A stretch of 64,000 bases of DNA from Acidobacteriota bacterium (GCA_016935015.1 JAFGRT010000097.1:548-64547); one strand, 5' to 3'; shown: positions 9,486 to 19,273, numbered from the stretch's first letter. Numbers and translations: made by a program. The notes: a model not told the origin generated them from the letters alone.

Positions 9486-11405
9486 ATGTCGGATATCGTT
9501 CGTAGCAAGTACATGGTTATGGGAACCGCCGGGCACATCGATCACGGCAAGACCACCCTGCTGAAGAAACTGACCGGTATCGATGCCGATCGTCTCAAGG
9601 AGGAGCAGGAGCGGGGCATCACCATCGATATCGGCTTCGCTCCCTGGATCATTCCGCCCTATTTTGTCGGGGTTATCGATGTGCCGGGACACGAAAAATT
9701 CATCAAGAACATGTTGGCCGGGACGGGGGGGATCGACGCCCTGCTGCTGGTGGTGGCCGCCGATGAGAGCGTCATGCCCCAGACACGGGAACATCTGGAA
9801 ATTGCCAGCCTGCTGGGCATTCCCCGCGGCATTGTCGCCATCAGCAAAACCGATATGGCCGAGCCGGATCTGGTGGATCTGGTAGAGGAGGAGGTGCGCG
9901 AACTGGTGGCCGGTACGTTTCTGGAAAACGCTCCCGTCATTCGCACCAGCGGTGTGACGGGGCAGGGTCTGGATCGGCTGGAGGCCGCCATCCGGCAGAT
10001 TGCCGACGGGATGGAGGAGCGCGACGCCACCGGCCTGCCCCGCTTGTTCGTGGATCGGGTGTTCCTGATGCGGGGTTTTGGGGTGGTAGTCACCGGGACA
10101 ACATTTTCGGGAGTCTTCCGCAAAAATGACCCGGTGACGGTTTTTCCGGCGGATCGTCGCACCCGAATCCGGAATCTCCAGGTTTACGGGCAATCCACGA
10201 CGGAGGCGGGACCGGGGCAACGCACCGCCATGAATCTGCTGGGCCTCGATCCCAATGATGTGAGCCGCGGGATGACCATCACCCGACCGGGTGTCTTTGC
10301 ACCTACCACCATGTTTAACGCCCGATTTCATCTGCTTCCCTCCTTTGGCAAAAAACTGAAGCACCGGGCGCCGGTCCACGTCTATCATGGCAGCGCCGAA
10401 ATGCTTGGCCGGATCCACCTGTTGGGGTGCCCTCACCTCGAACCGGGCGAGGACGCCTGGGTGCAGATTCGTTTGGAGTCACCGGCTCTGATCTGGCCCG
10501 GCGACCGGTTTGTGGTACGCCAGTACTCCCCCCTGGTAACCATGGGCGGCGGAAAAGTGCTGGAAACGCATCCCGAGCGTTCCCGCAAGCGTCTGGAAAA
10601 CCATATGATCCGGCGTCTGGGGGAACTGAATGACGCTCCACCGGAAAAGGCGTTGCTGCTCTTGTTGGATGCCGGGGAGCAGAATGGCTTCACCGTCGCC
10701 GAACTGGTCAACAGGACCGGCCTGGCCGAGGAACGGGTGCAACGCATCCTGAAACACGCAGCGGAAGAAGGCCGAGTGGTCTCTCTGACGGACGAGAGCG
10801 GGCGCTGGCTCGCCGGCCGGGCGGTAGAGCAGGGGCGGACGGCGATCCGTCATGAATTGGCGGCTCATTTCAAAGCCAATCCCTTTTCGCCGGGTATTCC
10901 CAAGCAGGAACTGCGCACTCGTTGCCGGAAGCTGGAACCGGATGTGTTTGATTTCCTTTTGGTATTGCTGGAAAAGGAGGGCGAACTCACCACATCGTCG
11001 GGTCGCGTCACCCGGCCCGATAGTGAAACCGCTTTGGCGCCGGAGCTGGAGGAGCGACTGGCTGACCTGCAGCGGCAGATGGCCGCCGCCGGTCTGGAGG
11101 GTGTCTCCCGGGAGGCGGTGGAGCGGACGCTGTCCGGATCCGGTACAAACACCTCTTCCGTCATGGAGCTGCTCATCCATCGGCAGCGGCTCGTGCGGAT
11201 CCATGACGACTATTTCCTGGATCCTGCCACTTTCGAAAAACTGCTCCATGGTTTGCAGGGCAGACTGCGACGGGGACAGCTGTTCGGGGTGGGGGATTTC
11301 AAGGAATGGTTCGGATTGACCCGAAAATCTGCCATCCCTCTCCTGGAATACCTGGATCGCAAGGGATTCACCCTGCGGGTCGGAAACAACCGGCAGTGGT
11401 TGTAA
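9486..11405 (+). CDS. selB: Selenocysteine-specific translation elongation factor SelB
   Basis: G-domain MGTAGHIDHGKTTLLKKLTGIDADRLKEEQERGITIDIGFA, DVPGHEKFIKNM, ISKTD. ~640 aa with a long C-terminal winged-helix extension (SECIS-binding region). AGGAG RBS before ATG 9486. 11-nt gap from the upstream radical SAM gene. Confidence 0.85.
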   Translation: MSDIVRSKYMVMGTAGHIDHGKTTLLKKLTGIDADRLKEEQERGITIDIGFAPWIIPPYFVGVIDVPGHEKFIKNMLAGTGGIDALLLVVAADESVMPQTREHLEIASLLGIPRGIVAISKTDMAEPDLVDLVEEEVRELVAGTFLENAPVIRTSGVTGQGLDRLEAAIRQIADGMEERDATGLPRLFVDRVFLMRGFGVVVTGTTFSGVFRKNDPVTVFPADRRTRIRNLQVYGQSTTEAGPGQRTAMNLLGLDPNDVSRGMTITRPGVFAPTTMFNARFHLLPSFGKKLKHRAPVHVYHGSAEMLGRIHLLGCPHLEPGEDAWVQIRLESPALIWPGDRFVVRQYSPLVTMGGGKVLETHPERSRKRLENHMIRRLGELNDAPPEKALLLLLDAGEQNGFTVAELVNRTGLAEERVQRILKHAAEEGRVVSLTDESGRWLAGRAVEQGRTAIRHELAAHFKANPFSPGIPKQELRTRCRKLEPDVFDFLLVLLEKEGELTTSSGRVTRPDSETALAPELEERLADLQRQMAAAGLEGVSREAVERTLSGSGTNTSSVMELLIHRQRLVRIHDDYFLDPATFEKLLHGLQGRLRRGQLFGVGDFKEWFGLTRKSAIPLLEYLDRKGFTLRVGNNRQWL

Positions 11406-11506
11406 AGACGACCGTTCCCCGGTCGGACAATGGAAAATTTCCGTTGATTTTAACAGACACCGTGGGATAAGATGATGTGTCGGCAGGCAGACTGTGAGGT
11501 GCGACA

Positions 11507-11695
11507 GTGTTTCTATCAACTTTTGGCCCAACTGAATGGATTATCATCCTGGTGATCGTGCTGATTCTCTTTGGCTGGAACCGGATACCACAGCTCGGCA
11601 AGGGATTGGGGGAAGGGATCCGCAATTTCAGGAATTCATTGCAGGGGGATGACAAATCCGCAGAAGACGTGGAGAAGAAGCCCGGAAAAGAATAA
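11507..11695 (+). CDS. tatA: Twin-arginine translocase subunit TatA/E
   Basis: 62 aa with N-terminal TM helix WIIILVIVLILFG and amphipathic helix. Motif F-G-x-x-R-I-P-x-L-G-K-G-L-G-E-G-I-R-N-F. Confidence 0.8.
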   Translation: MFLSTFGPTEWIIILVIVLILFGWNRIPQLGKGLGEGIRNFRNSLQGDDKSAEDVEKKPGKE

Positions 11696-11696
11696 T

Positions 11697-12836
11697 ATGT
11701 CGCTTTCCGGAAATATTGGCACATTTCCTCTCGCCGAACTCCTCCAATGGTTCTCCCTCACCCGCAAAAGTGGCATTCTGACCATAGCGACCCGAACGGA
11801 TTCCGTCCATCTTTTTATCGACGGGGGAATTCTGGTCAGCGCCGACAGTGACGCCGCTGTCCGGCGCCTGGGGCAGTACCTCCTGTCGCGGGGTTTCATT
11901 ACCGAAGAGCAGTTGAAGCGGGCCCTGGACAGCCAGGAGAAATCCGGCAAGCGGAAATTGCTGGGCAATATTCTCCGTGAGCACGGCGTACTGAACGACC
12001 GGATCCTCGAGCAGGCCCTGCGGCAACGTTCCGAAGAAATCGTCTACGACCTGTTCCTGCTGGAGGACGGTCAGTTCGCGTTTCAGCAGGACGCCGATTT
12101 CCCCATCACCGCCCTCATCGCCGAGCTGAACCTCAGTCTCAACCAGCTGGTGCTGGAAGGAATGCGCCGCCTTGACGAATGGAGGGAATTCCGTTCGATT
12201 TTCCCTTCTGATGCCGTGCGGGTGAAATTGCTTCGGCCGGACCGCATTCCGGCGGACCGGGACGATACCCTGCCGGGCAAGCTGGTACAGCTGCTCTACC
12301 AGGAGAGAACCATCGGCGAGCTGGTCATGGCCACTCGTCGTTCACCGTACCAGGTTTATCATGCGCTCTACGAGATGGTGCAAAAGAAGCTGGTCGAGGT
12401 AGTGGCGGCCGCGGCCGTTATGGACGATCCCCCGGCGGCGGAGCCACTGGATCTGCGCCGGGAAGAACAGTGTTTGCACCGCCTGGTGAAGGAGCACCGC
12501 TTTTCGGAGGCCTGGACCCGGCTGGAGGAGATTCGCCAGCGAATCGTCGATCCGGCCTGGTGCCAAGGGCGGGCCCAGTGGCTCGAGGAAAAGGAGACCG
12601 GATTTCTTTACCAGGAGTTGCCTCGCAATTCCGTGCCGCGGCTGCAGCTCACCCTCGCCGAAGTTCGGCAGCTGGATCTCAACCCCAAGGAAGGATATAT
12701 CATCAGCCGGCTGAAGGAGGACATGGATGTCCGGACACTCTGCCAGATCATGCCCCTGTCGGAGCTGGACCTGCTGCGTGTTTTGTCGACGCTTTCGAAA
12801 AAAGGGGTGATTCGGCTCGGTGATTATTGTTCGTAG
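11697..12836 (+). CDS. DUF4388 (PATAN-like) domain protein
   Basis: N-terminal GNIGTFPLAELLQWFSLTRKSGILTI is the DUF4388 signature. ATG 11697 lies 1 nt after the tatA stop. Track ORF start 11571 is in-frame read-through upstream that overlaps tatA. Confidence 0.6.
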   Translation: MSLSGNIGTFPLAELLQWFSLTRKSGILTIATRTDSVHLFIDGGILVSADSDAAVRRLGQYLLSRGFITEEQLKRALDSQEKSGKRKLLGNILREHGVLNDRILEQALRQRSEEIVYDLFLLEDGQFAFQQDADFPITALIAELNLSLNQLVLEGMRRLDEWREFRSIFPSDAVRVKLLRPDRIPADRDDTLPGKLVQLLYQERTIGELVMATRRSPYQVYHALYEMVQKKLVEVVAAAAVMDDPPAAEPLDLRREEQCLHRLVKEHRFSEAWTRLEEIRQRIVDPAWCQGRAQWLEEKETGFLYQELPRNSVPRLQLTLAEVRQLDLNPKEGYIISRLKEDMDVRTLCQIMPLSELDLLRVLSTLSKKGVIRLGDYCS

Positions 12837-13390
12837 GAAAGGACGCGCATTTCCCCGGTTCTGGAAATGTAAATCTCCCGCCCCATCGTTTTCTTGATGA
12901 AATTGTTGGTGCTGAATTTGATGTAACAGCGGTACACGCTGTCCAGGGGGTCCTGGACCAGATCACTCGTTGGGCTGTCGGGTTGGGCAAGACGCCCGTC
13001 GGGTTCGAAGACCAGCACGCGGCTCAGTCCGTCCCGGACACCGAACTTAATGTCGTGAATGGTGACATCCTCGGGGACGGGGAAATTCATCCGGCTGGCC
13101 CGTTCCACCGCATTGGCACTATCGTAGGTGCTGTTCCAGACTTCATCCCGCCAGATATGCAACGCCGTGGTCGTGGAACTGTTCTCCACCTGCAGGCATG
13201 TGCGCGCGTTTTCGTACGAGGCGATGTATCGTGCCCGCTGCAGCGCCAGATTGAGCTGCTGGGTAAAACCTTCGAGGCGCGATTCGGCCATGGCGTCAGC
13301 CATGTACGGCACGCCGACCGCCAGCATGATCGTCAGAATGAGCACCACCATCAATAATTCCGTCAAGGAGAAGCCGCTTTTTTTGGGCAT
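12824..13390 (-). CDS. Prepilin-type N-terminal cleavage/methylation-domain protein (type IV minor pilin / GspH-like pseudopilin)
   Basis: MPKKSGFSLTELLMVVLILTIMLAVGV = class III signal peptide (G/FSLxEL.V). AGGAG RBS. 3' end overlaps the convergent DUF4388 gene by 13 nt. Confidence 0.75.
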   Translation of the reverse strand: MPKKSGFSLTELLMVVLILTIMLAVGVPYMADAMAESRLEGFTQQLNLALQRARYIASYENARTCLQVENSSTTTALHIWRDEVWNSTYDSANAVERASRMNFPVPEDVTIHDIKFGVRDGLSRVLVFEPDGRLAQPDSPTSDLVQDPLDSVYRCYIKFSTNNFIKKTMGREIYISRTGEMRVLSYEQ

Positions 13391-13470
13391 GGGTGCACTC
13401 CTGATTCAGGATATTCCATATTATTATAATCGACTTTTACAATAAAAGCGAATGCTTTGCAAACGGTTGT

Positions 13471-14568
13471 TCACAATATGTTTTGAAAAAGTGACAGATA
13501 ATCCGCAGCGACCCGATCCCAGTCGTAGCGTTCCAGTGCCCGCTGTCGTGCCGCAGCCCGGAGATGGGCGACGCCGGCCGGATCGTGAAATGCGGACTGA
13601 AACCGGGCCACGTCCGTTGCCGAAGCCCCGTGGAAAGGAATGCCGCAATCCCCGGCCACTTCCAGGTTTTCCGGCGTATCCAGGAAGAAAATCAGATTCC
13701 CCTGGGCCATGTTCTCGATAAGCGCCGGGTGGGTGCCACCCACTTCCGTGGCGTGGATGTAACAGAAGGGATTGGAGATAAGTTCCCTATAACCTTCGCC
13801 GTAGATGGCGCCGGGGAAACGGATGCGCGGATCCTTCGTTTGTTTCAGGGACTGGATATAGTCCCGGCTGTAAGGGGCGTCTCCCACCACCACCAGGGGA
13901 AACGGTGTGGCCAGCTGTTCAAACAACCGGACGACGAGGTGGGCGTTGTTTTCCGGTTCCAGGCGGCTGACATAGAGGCAGTAGCGGTTCGCCTCCAGGC
14001 CGAGGGAGGCCAGGGTCGTCCCGGGCGGGCAGGGCGTGGGGTCCGCCCCGTAGGGAATCATAACGGACGGCTGACCATGTCGCTTTTCATAATATTCCTG
14101 GATCGTATGGGCATCGGTGACGACGGCGTGGGGAAACAGGCAGGACAGTCGCTCCGATAACCGGTAGAAGGCGCGGCCCAGGCGGTTCCATTTCTTTCGT
14201 TTCCGCTCCAGGCCGTCGACGTTCAACACCACCCGCTTGCCCGTCAGCCGCGGCAGGAGGCAAAAAAGGGCGTTGGCAGCATTGCAAACCAGCACCACAT
14301 CGGCCCGTCGGAACAGCACATGCAGCATCGACAGAAAAGTGTGCGAGACCGTATCCAGATACTTGTGCCGCAGAGCGGGCAGCACCACCAGGCGCACGCC
14401 GCGGTATTCCCGGCGGGATGTATCCACGTAATGGGTGCGTCCGTAGACGACGACACGGTGGCCGTCCCGGACCAGCCGGATGGAAAGCTCTTCGGCGAAT
14501 GTTTCGAAACCGCCGTAGTTGGCCGGTATGCCGCGCGTTCCCAGTATGGCGATATCAAGGGGTTTCAT
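13471..14568 (-). CDS. Glycosyltransferase family 1/4 with DUF1972-type N-terminus
   Basis: MKPLDIAILGTRGIPANYGGFETFAEELSIRLVRDGHRVVVYGR. C-terminal GT1 fold with EGFGL-like region. Confidence 0.7.
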   Translation of the reverse strand: MKPLDIAILGTRGIPANYGGFETFAEELSIRLVRDGHRVVVYGRTHYVDTSRREYRGVRLVVLPALRHKYLDTVSHTFLSMLHVLFRRADVVLVCNAANALFCLLPRLTGKRVVLNVDGLERKRKKWNRLGRAFYRLSERLSCLFPHAVVTDAHTIQEYYEKRHGQPSVMIPYGADPTPCPPGTTLASLGLEANRYCLYVSRLEPENNAHLVVRLFEQLATPFPLVVVGDAPYSRDYIQSLKQTKDPRIRFPGAIYGEGYRELISNPFCYIHATEVGGTHPALIENMAQGNLIFFLDTPENLEVAGDCGIPFHGASATDVARFQSAFHDPAGVAHLRAAARQRALERYDWDRVAADYLSLFQNIL

Positions 14569-15832
14569 CGTTCGGATCGAAACGGAATCGGATTCGAACC
14601 AGCGAGGCGAGGCCCACCAGCGACAGAAACAGGATCAGCACTTCCGAATCGCCGAAGTTGTACTCGAACAGCCCGCTGACGAAGAGACACACAACGGCGC
14701 CGATGGCCATGGCCGGATAAAACATCACTTCACGGAGTTTTTGTCGCCGGAGCCGCCCGTAAAACCGGAAATTGGTGACGACGATGCCGCCCAGGAACCA
14801 GAACCAGAAAAGGAGGGTGGGGATGCCCCGTTCGGCCGCGATCTGGACGATATTGTTGTGGAGATGCATGTAGAAATCATCAGAAATGTTGGGATTGGCA
14901 CCGTAATTTCGTCGTTCCTCGGGGATCATCACCGGGCCGACACCGAACACCGGACGGTCCTCGACCATACGGATGCCCGTCCGCCACATGTCCAGCCGCG
15001 CCGCATTTCCCGCCTCTTGTACGTCGAAAAAATGTTCGAACCGGTTCTGAATGAAACCGGGGGACATAAGAAAGACCAGGATGGCCAGCACCGGCAGGAA
15101 CAAGGCCAGCCGGGGGCGCAACAGCAGCAGAACCACGACGCCGCCGGTGAAAAAGCCCAGCCAGGCGCTGCGGGTGAGGGTCAGGGTCAAGGCCGTCAAA
15201 CCCAGCAGGAACAACAGGAAAAAGAGCAGGTTGGACCGGGATCGCCATTTCTCACGGGAGACCAGATAGGCGACCATGGCCGTCAGGATGAGGGACAGCT
15301 GGCCGGCAAAGGTCATATGGTGGCCCAGGAAACCGTGGATCCGGTTCAGCATGTTGTGGTAGTTGGGAAACTGCAGAACGGCCACCATGGCGGAAAGGGC
15401 CATGGTGAAAAACAGCATGCGGCAGGTCCAGCGGCTCTGGGCGGAGTTTTCCAGCGCCAGCAGCATGATCAGGGGGATCAGGAACAGCACCACTTTTTTG
15501 AGATTCAGAAGACTCGTCGCGGGATCAGCGGCCATGAAGGCCGACAGCAGTGACCAGACCACGAAACCGATCATGGGCAGGAAATAGGCGGGCAGGGATC
15601 TCCAGCGCGGCAGCTGCAGCAGCGAAGGCTTGACCAACAATAGAAGAACGCAGAGTCCGAGAAAGATCTCGGCCGGCGTCACCCCCAACGGACTGGTGAT
15701 CAGGATGGAAGCGGCGCATACGGCCAGGGCCGAACGAAGGACGCTGCGCGGCACGATATCCCCGTCCGCCGGGTCCTGCAGCGTTTTTTCCCAGTAGCGT
15801 GAAAGTTTTGTCCAGTCCGTCAGTGACATCAA
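14555..15832 (-). CDS. O-antigen ligase/polymerase family (Wzy/WaaL-like) polytopic membrane protein
   Basis: About 10-12 hydrophobic segments. Conserved RSAWLGFFTGGVVVL periplasmic-loop motif of the O-antigen ligase family. Confidence 0.65.
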   Translation of the reverse strand: MMSLTDWTKLSRYWEKTLQDPADGDIVPRSVLRSALAVCAASILITSPLGVTPAEIFLGLCVLLLLVKPSLLQLPRWRSLPAYFLPMIGFVVWSLLSAFMAADPATSLLNLKKVVLFLIPLIMLLALENSAQSRWTCRMLFFTMALSAMVAVLQFPNYHNMLNRIHGFLGHHMTFAGQLSLILTAMVAYLVSREKWRSRSNLLFFLLFLLGLTALTLTLTRSAWLGFFTGGVVVLLLLRPRLALFLPVLAILVFLMSPGFIQNRFEHFFDVQEAGNAARLDMWRTGIRMVEDRPVFGVGPVMIPEERRNYGANPNISDDFYMHLHNNIVQIAAERGIPTLLFWFWFLGGIVVTNFRFYGRLRRQKLREVMFYPAMAIGAVVCLFVSGLFEYNFGDSEVLILFLSLVGLASLVRIRFRFDPNDETP

Positions 15833-16935
15833 TGCTTAAAAAATGCTTGGATGGTGTGGATAACGGTCCGTACTTCTTCCTCGCGAATGCCTTGATAAAG
15901 GGGCAGGGAAAGGACCGTCCGGGCATACTCCTCGGCCACGGGGAAATCGCCGGGGCCGTAACCAAGGGGGCGATAGGCCGGTTGCAGATGCAAGGGTACC
16001 GGATAATGTACCGCCGAGCCGATTCCTTGTCCGGTAAGGTATTCCCGCAGCTGGTCGCGCTGCCGGGTGCGCACGGTGAACAGGTGATACACGTGGGTCG
16101 CGCCGGGAGTGGTGGCGAAAAACTCCAGATCACCGATCCCCGCCAGTTCCTGCCGGTACAGGACGGCCATCTGGCGGCGTTGTTCATTCCAGTCCGGCAG
16201 CCGCTTCAGTTTTTCATGAAGCACACCGGCCTGGACGGCATCCATCCGGGCGTTGAAGCCTTCAAAATCATGACTGTAGCGGGCACTCTGGCCGTGATTG
16301 CGCAGGGCCAGCACTTTGTGGAGAATATCCTCTCGTGGGGTGGTCACGAGACCGCCCTCGCCGAAGGCGCCCATATTTTTGGTGGGATAGAAGCTGAAGG
16401 TGCCGGCGGTCCCGATGGAGCCGACGGGGGAGCCGTCATAGGCGGCGCCGTGGGCCTGGCAGGCATCTTCCACCACCCACAGGCCATGCTTGTCGGCGAT
16501 GGCCATGATTTCGCGCATGTGGCAGGGATTGCCGTACAGGTGGACGGGGATCAGGCCACGGGTGCGGGGCGAGATGGCCGCCGCCAGGGCTGCCGGATCC
16601 AGGGTGCAGGTGTCGGGATGGACATCCGCGAAACGGATGACGCCCTGGTTTTGCGAGATGGCTTCGGAAGTGGCGATAAAGGTGAAGGGTGTGGTGATGA
16701 TCTCGTCGCCGGGTTCAAGGCCGCAGGCCTGAATGGCCAGCCGGAGGGCGTCGGTGCCGCTGTTGACGGCGATGGCATGCGGCACCTGACAGAAAGCCGC
16801 GAAGCTTTCCTCGAATTCCTTGACATAGGGGCCGCCGATAAACGAGCTGCGCTCCATGATATCGGCGAAAATGGCCAGGGCTCGTTCGCGAATCTCGGTG
16901 TTCTGTCGGCTCAGATCCAGAAAGGGTACGTTCAT
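15829..16935 (-). CDS. DegT/DnrJ/EryC1/StrS-family sugar aminotransferase (PLP-dependent)
   Basis: N-terminal MNVPFLDLSRQNTEIRERALAIFADIMERSSFIGGPYVKEFEESFA. PLP-lysine region FSFYPTKNMGAFGEGG. 4-nt overlaps with both neighbours. Confidence 0.85.
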   Translation of the reverse strand: MNVPFLDLSRQNTEIRERALAIFADIMERSSFIGGPYVKEFEESFAAFCQVPHAIAVNSGTDALRLAIQACGLEPGDEIITTPFTFIATSEAISQNQGVIRFADVHPDTCTLDPAALAAAISPRTRGLIPVHLYGNPCHMREIMAIADKHGLWVVEDACQAHGAAYDGSPVGSIGTAGTFSFYPTKNMGAFGEGGLVTTPREDILHKVLALRNHGQSARYSHDFEGFNARMDAVQAGVLHEKLKRLPDWNEQRRQMAVLYRQELAGIGDLEFFATTPGATHVYHLFTVRTRQRDQLREYLTGQGIGSAVHYPVPLHLQPAYRPLGYGPGDFPVAEEYARTVLSLPLYQGIREEEVRTVIHTIQAFFKH

Positions 16936-17942
16936 GATGGGGTCTCCGTGGCAGGGGTTCTGTTTTCGTTGTTGCGGTACCAGTCGACGGTGATCGCCAG
17001 TCCTTTTTCCAAAGGAATGATGGGCGAATAGCCCAAAAGTTGCCCGGCCAGCGTGATGTCCGCCAGGGAGTGCATGACATCACCCGGCCGGAAGTCCTGA
17101 AAACGGGGTGGCAGATCCTTGCCCAGAATGCGGTTCAGTGCCGCCACCAGTGCGTTGAGATCCAGCCTTTCGCCGCAGGCGATGTTGAACACCCGTCCCG
17201 TCGCCTCCACCGGCGCCCGAACGGCCAGCAGGTTGGCCCGGACGACATTGTCGACGAAGGTGAAATCCCGGGACTGGTTCCCGTCGCCGTAAACGATGGG
17301 CGGTTCGTCGCGCAGCATCCGGGTGATGAATCGGGGAACGACGGCGGCGTAATGGGAAGTCGGCTCCTGGCGCGGGCCGAAGACGTTGAAATAGCGCAGG
17401 GCGATGGTCTCCAGGCCGTAGATGCGGGTGAAGATGCGGCAGTACTGTTCGCCGGCCAGCTTGGTCAGGGCGTAGGGTGAGAGAGGCTCCGGTGGCATGT
17501 CTTCCGTCTTGGGCAAGGTTGGTGTGTCGCCATATGCCGAGGAGGAGGCGGCGTAGATCACCCGCCGGACGCCGCCGTCCCGTGCGGCCAGCAACACGTT
17601 GAGTGTGCCGGTAATGTTATGCTCGTTGCTGATATCCGGATGCTCGACAGACTTCTGGACCGAGGGCACGGCGGCCAGGTGAAAGACGATGTCGGCGCCG
17701 CGCACTACCCGCCGGACGAACACCGGGTCGGTGACGCTGCCTTCCTCAAGCCGCAGCCGGTCCCGATGACGGACCAGCAGATCGAGGATATTCCCGCGTC
17801 GGCCGGTGCTGAAATTATCGATGATCACGACCCGGTGCTCCGCCGCCAATAACCCGCGCACCAGATGGTTCCCGATAAAACCGGCGCCGCCGGTGACCAC
17901 TGCCAAGCTCATGTTGTTCTCCCCGCGCGATGAAACTGACAT
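16932..17942 (-). CDS. NAD-dependent nucleotide-sugar epimerase/dehydratase (SDR, WbpP/GalE-like)
   Basis: VTGGAGFIGNHLVRGLL Rossmann motif and YAASKLAGE (YxxxK) active site. Confidence 0.8.
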   Translation of the reverse strand: MSVSSRGENNMSLAVVTGGAGFIGNHLVRGLLAAEHRVVIIDNFSTGRRGNILDLLVRHRDRLRLEEGSVTDPVFVRRVVRGADIVFHLAAVPSVQKSVEHPDISNEHNITGTLNVLLAARDGGVRRVIYAASSSAYGDTPTLPKTEDMPPEPLSPYALTKLAGEQYCRIFTRIYGLETIALRYFNVFGPRQEPTSHYAAVVPRFITRMLRDEPPIVYGDGNQSRDFTFVDNVVRANLLAVRAPVEATGRVFNIACGERLDLNALVAALNRILGKDLPPRFQDFRPGDVMHSLADITLAGQLLGYSPIIPLEKGLAITVDWYRNNENRTPATETPS

Positions 17943-18056
17943 GTTATCAAAAAGTACGCCCGGCGGCTACTGAATATTCGAAAATTATGTTTGCTTGCGC
18001 CGTTCAAATATGATAAGTTTCACGGTTTAAATCCCTTGTAGAAAGGAGGAGTGACT

Positions 18057-19208
18057 GTGGCGAAAGACGGTATCCATTTATTCTCATCCGAATCAGTGAC
18101 GGAAGGGCACCCTGACAAAGTCGCCGATCAGATCTCCGATTCCATCCTGGATGCGATTATGGCCCAGGATCCATACGGCCGCGTGGCATGTGAAACGCTG
18201 GTTACCACCGGACTGACCCTGGTGGCGGGCGAAATCACCACCGACTGTTATGTGGACATCCCGGAGGTTGTGCGTGAAACCATTAAGCGGATCGGTTACA
18301 CATCGGCCGAGTACGGGTTCGACTACTTGACATGCGCCGTTTTGACAAGTATCGATAAACAGTCGCCGGACATTGCCCAGGGCGTAGACCCGGGTGGTGC
18401 GGGCGACCAGGGCATCATGTTCGGTTACGCGTGCAACGAAACCAAGGAACTCATGCCGATGCCCATCTATCTGGCTCACGGTCTGACCCAGCGGATGGCC
18501 GAAGTCCGCCGGAAGAACATCCTGAATTTTATGCGGCCTGATGGAAAGAGCCAGGTGACGGTGGAGTATGAAAAAATGAAGCCTCGCCGGGTGACGGCCG
18601 TGGTGGTCAGCACCCAGCATCATCCCGAGTACACGCTCGAACAGATCCGGGAAGGCATCATCGAGGAAGTGGTCCGCCCGGTCATCCCCGCCGAGATGAT
18701 GGACGACACCACAAAGTTCTACATCAACCCCACTGGTCGCTTCGTCATCGGCGGACCGCAGGGTGATTGCGGTCTCACGGGCCGCAAGATCATCGTGGAT
18801 ACCTACGGCGGGGTGGGCAGCCATGGCGGCGGCGCCTTCTCCGGCAAGGATCCGACCAAGGTGGACCGCTCCGCGTCCTACATGGCCCGCTACATCGCCA
18901 AGAATATCGTGGCGGCGGGAATCGCCCAGAAGATCGAGCTGCAGCTGGCTTATGCCATCGGTGTTGCCGATCCGCTGAGCATCATGGTGGATACTCACGG
19001 CACTTGCCGGGTGGACGAGGACGACCTCAAGAAGGTCATTCGGGAGATCTTCCCGCTCACGCCGCGCGGCATCATCCAGCACCTCAACCTGCGCCGCCCC
19101 ATCTTTTGCAAAACGGCGGCTTACGGCCACTTCGGCCGGCGGGAGACCGGTTTCACCTGGGAAATCACCGACAAGGCGGAGGACCTGAAATCCGCGTTTA
19201 ATCTGTAA
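18057..19208 (+). CDS. metK: S-adenosylmethionine synthetase
   Basis: [34 protein letters not shown] matches the enterobacterial MetK N-terminus almost residue for residue. GTG start at 18057 sits 7 nt after AGGAGG. The track start at 18051 has no spacer to the RBS. Confidence 0.9.
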   Translation: MAKDGIHLFSSESVTEGHPDKVADQISDSILDAIMAQDPYGRVACETLVTTGLTLVAGEITTDCYVDIPEVVRETIKRIGYTSAEYGFDYLTCAVLTSIDKQSPDIAQGVDPGGAGDQGIMFGYACNETKELMPMPIYLAHGLTQRMAEVRRKNILNFMRPDGKSQVTVEYEKMKPRRVTAVVVSTQHHPEYTLEQIREGIIEEVVRPVIPAEMMDDTTKFYINPTGRFVIGGPQGDCGLTGRKIIVDTYGGVGSHGGGAFSGKDPTKVDRSASYMARYIAKNIVAAGIAQKIELQLAYAIGVADPLSIMVDTHGTCRVDEDDLKKVIREIFPLTPRGIIQHLNLRRPIFCKTAAYGHFGRRETGFTWEITDKAEDLKSAFNL

Positions 19209-19240
19209 TTGTACCCGGATCGGCCCCCCCGAAAAGAAAA

Positions 19241-19273
19241 GGCGACTTCGTATGTACGGAGTCGCCTTTTTTT
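19241..19273. terminator. Rho-independent, probably bidirectional terminator between convergent metK and SHMT-like gene
   Basis: ggcgacttcgtatgtacggagtcgcc hairpin followed by ttttttt. Confidence 0.7.

Noticed and set aside
11406-11506. Possible tRNA-Sec (selC) next to selB
   Set aside because: The 100-nt intergenic sequences flanking selB (and 8342-8460) show no tRNA-like acceptor stem or T-arm and are too short or unstructured. No selC was found in the window.
9312-11531. 374-aa and 350-aa minus-strand ORFs
   Set aside because: Antisense to selB, which has unambiguous GTPase motifs.
13391-13470. Sigma-54 promoter for the pilin gene
   Set aside because: The AT-rich upstream region lacks a GG-N10-GC (TGGCAC-N5-TTGC) match. 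The closest is GTGAAC-N5-TTTGCA without the GG dinucleotide.
14519-17031. 344-aa and 410-aa plus-strand ORFs
   Set aside because: Antisense to the O-antigen ligase, DegT and epimerase genes. Gln/Gly/His-rich low-complexity translations.
17943-18056. SAM riboswitch upstream of metK
   Set aside because: The spacer is only ~110 nt, mostly promoter/RBS, with no recognisable S-box/SAM-II conserved segments. It would need an Rfam scan to exclude.
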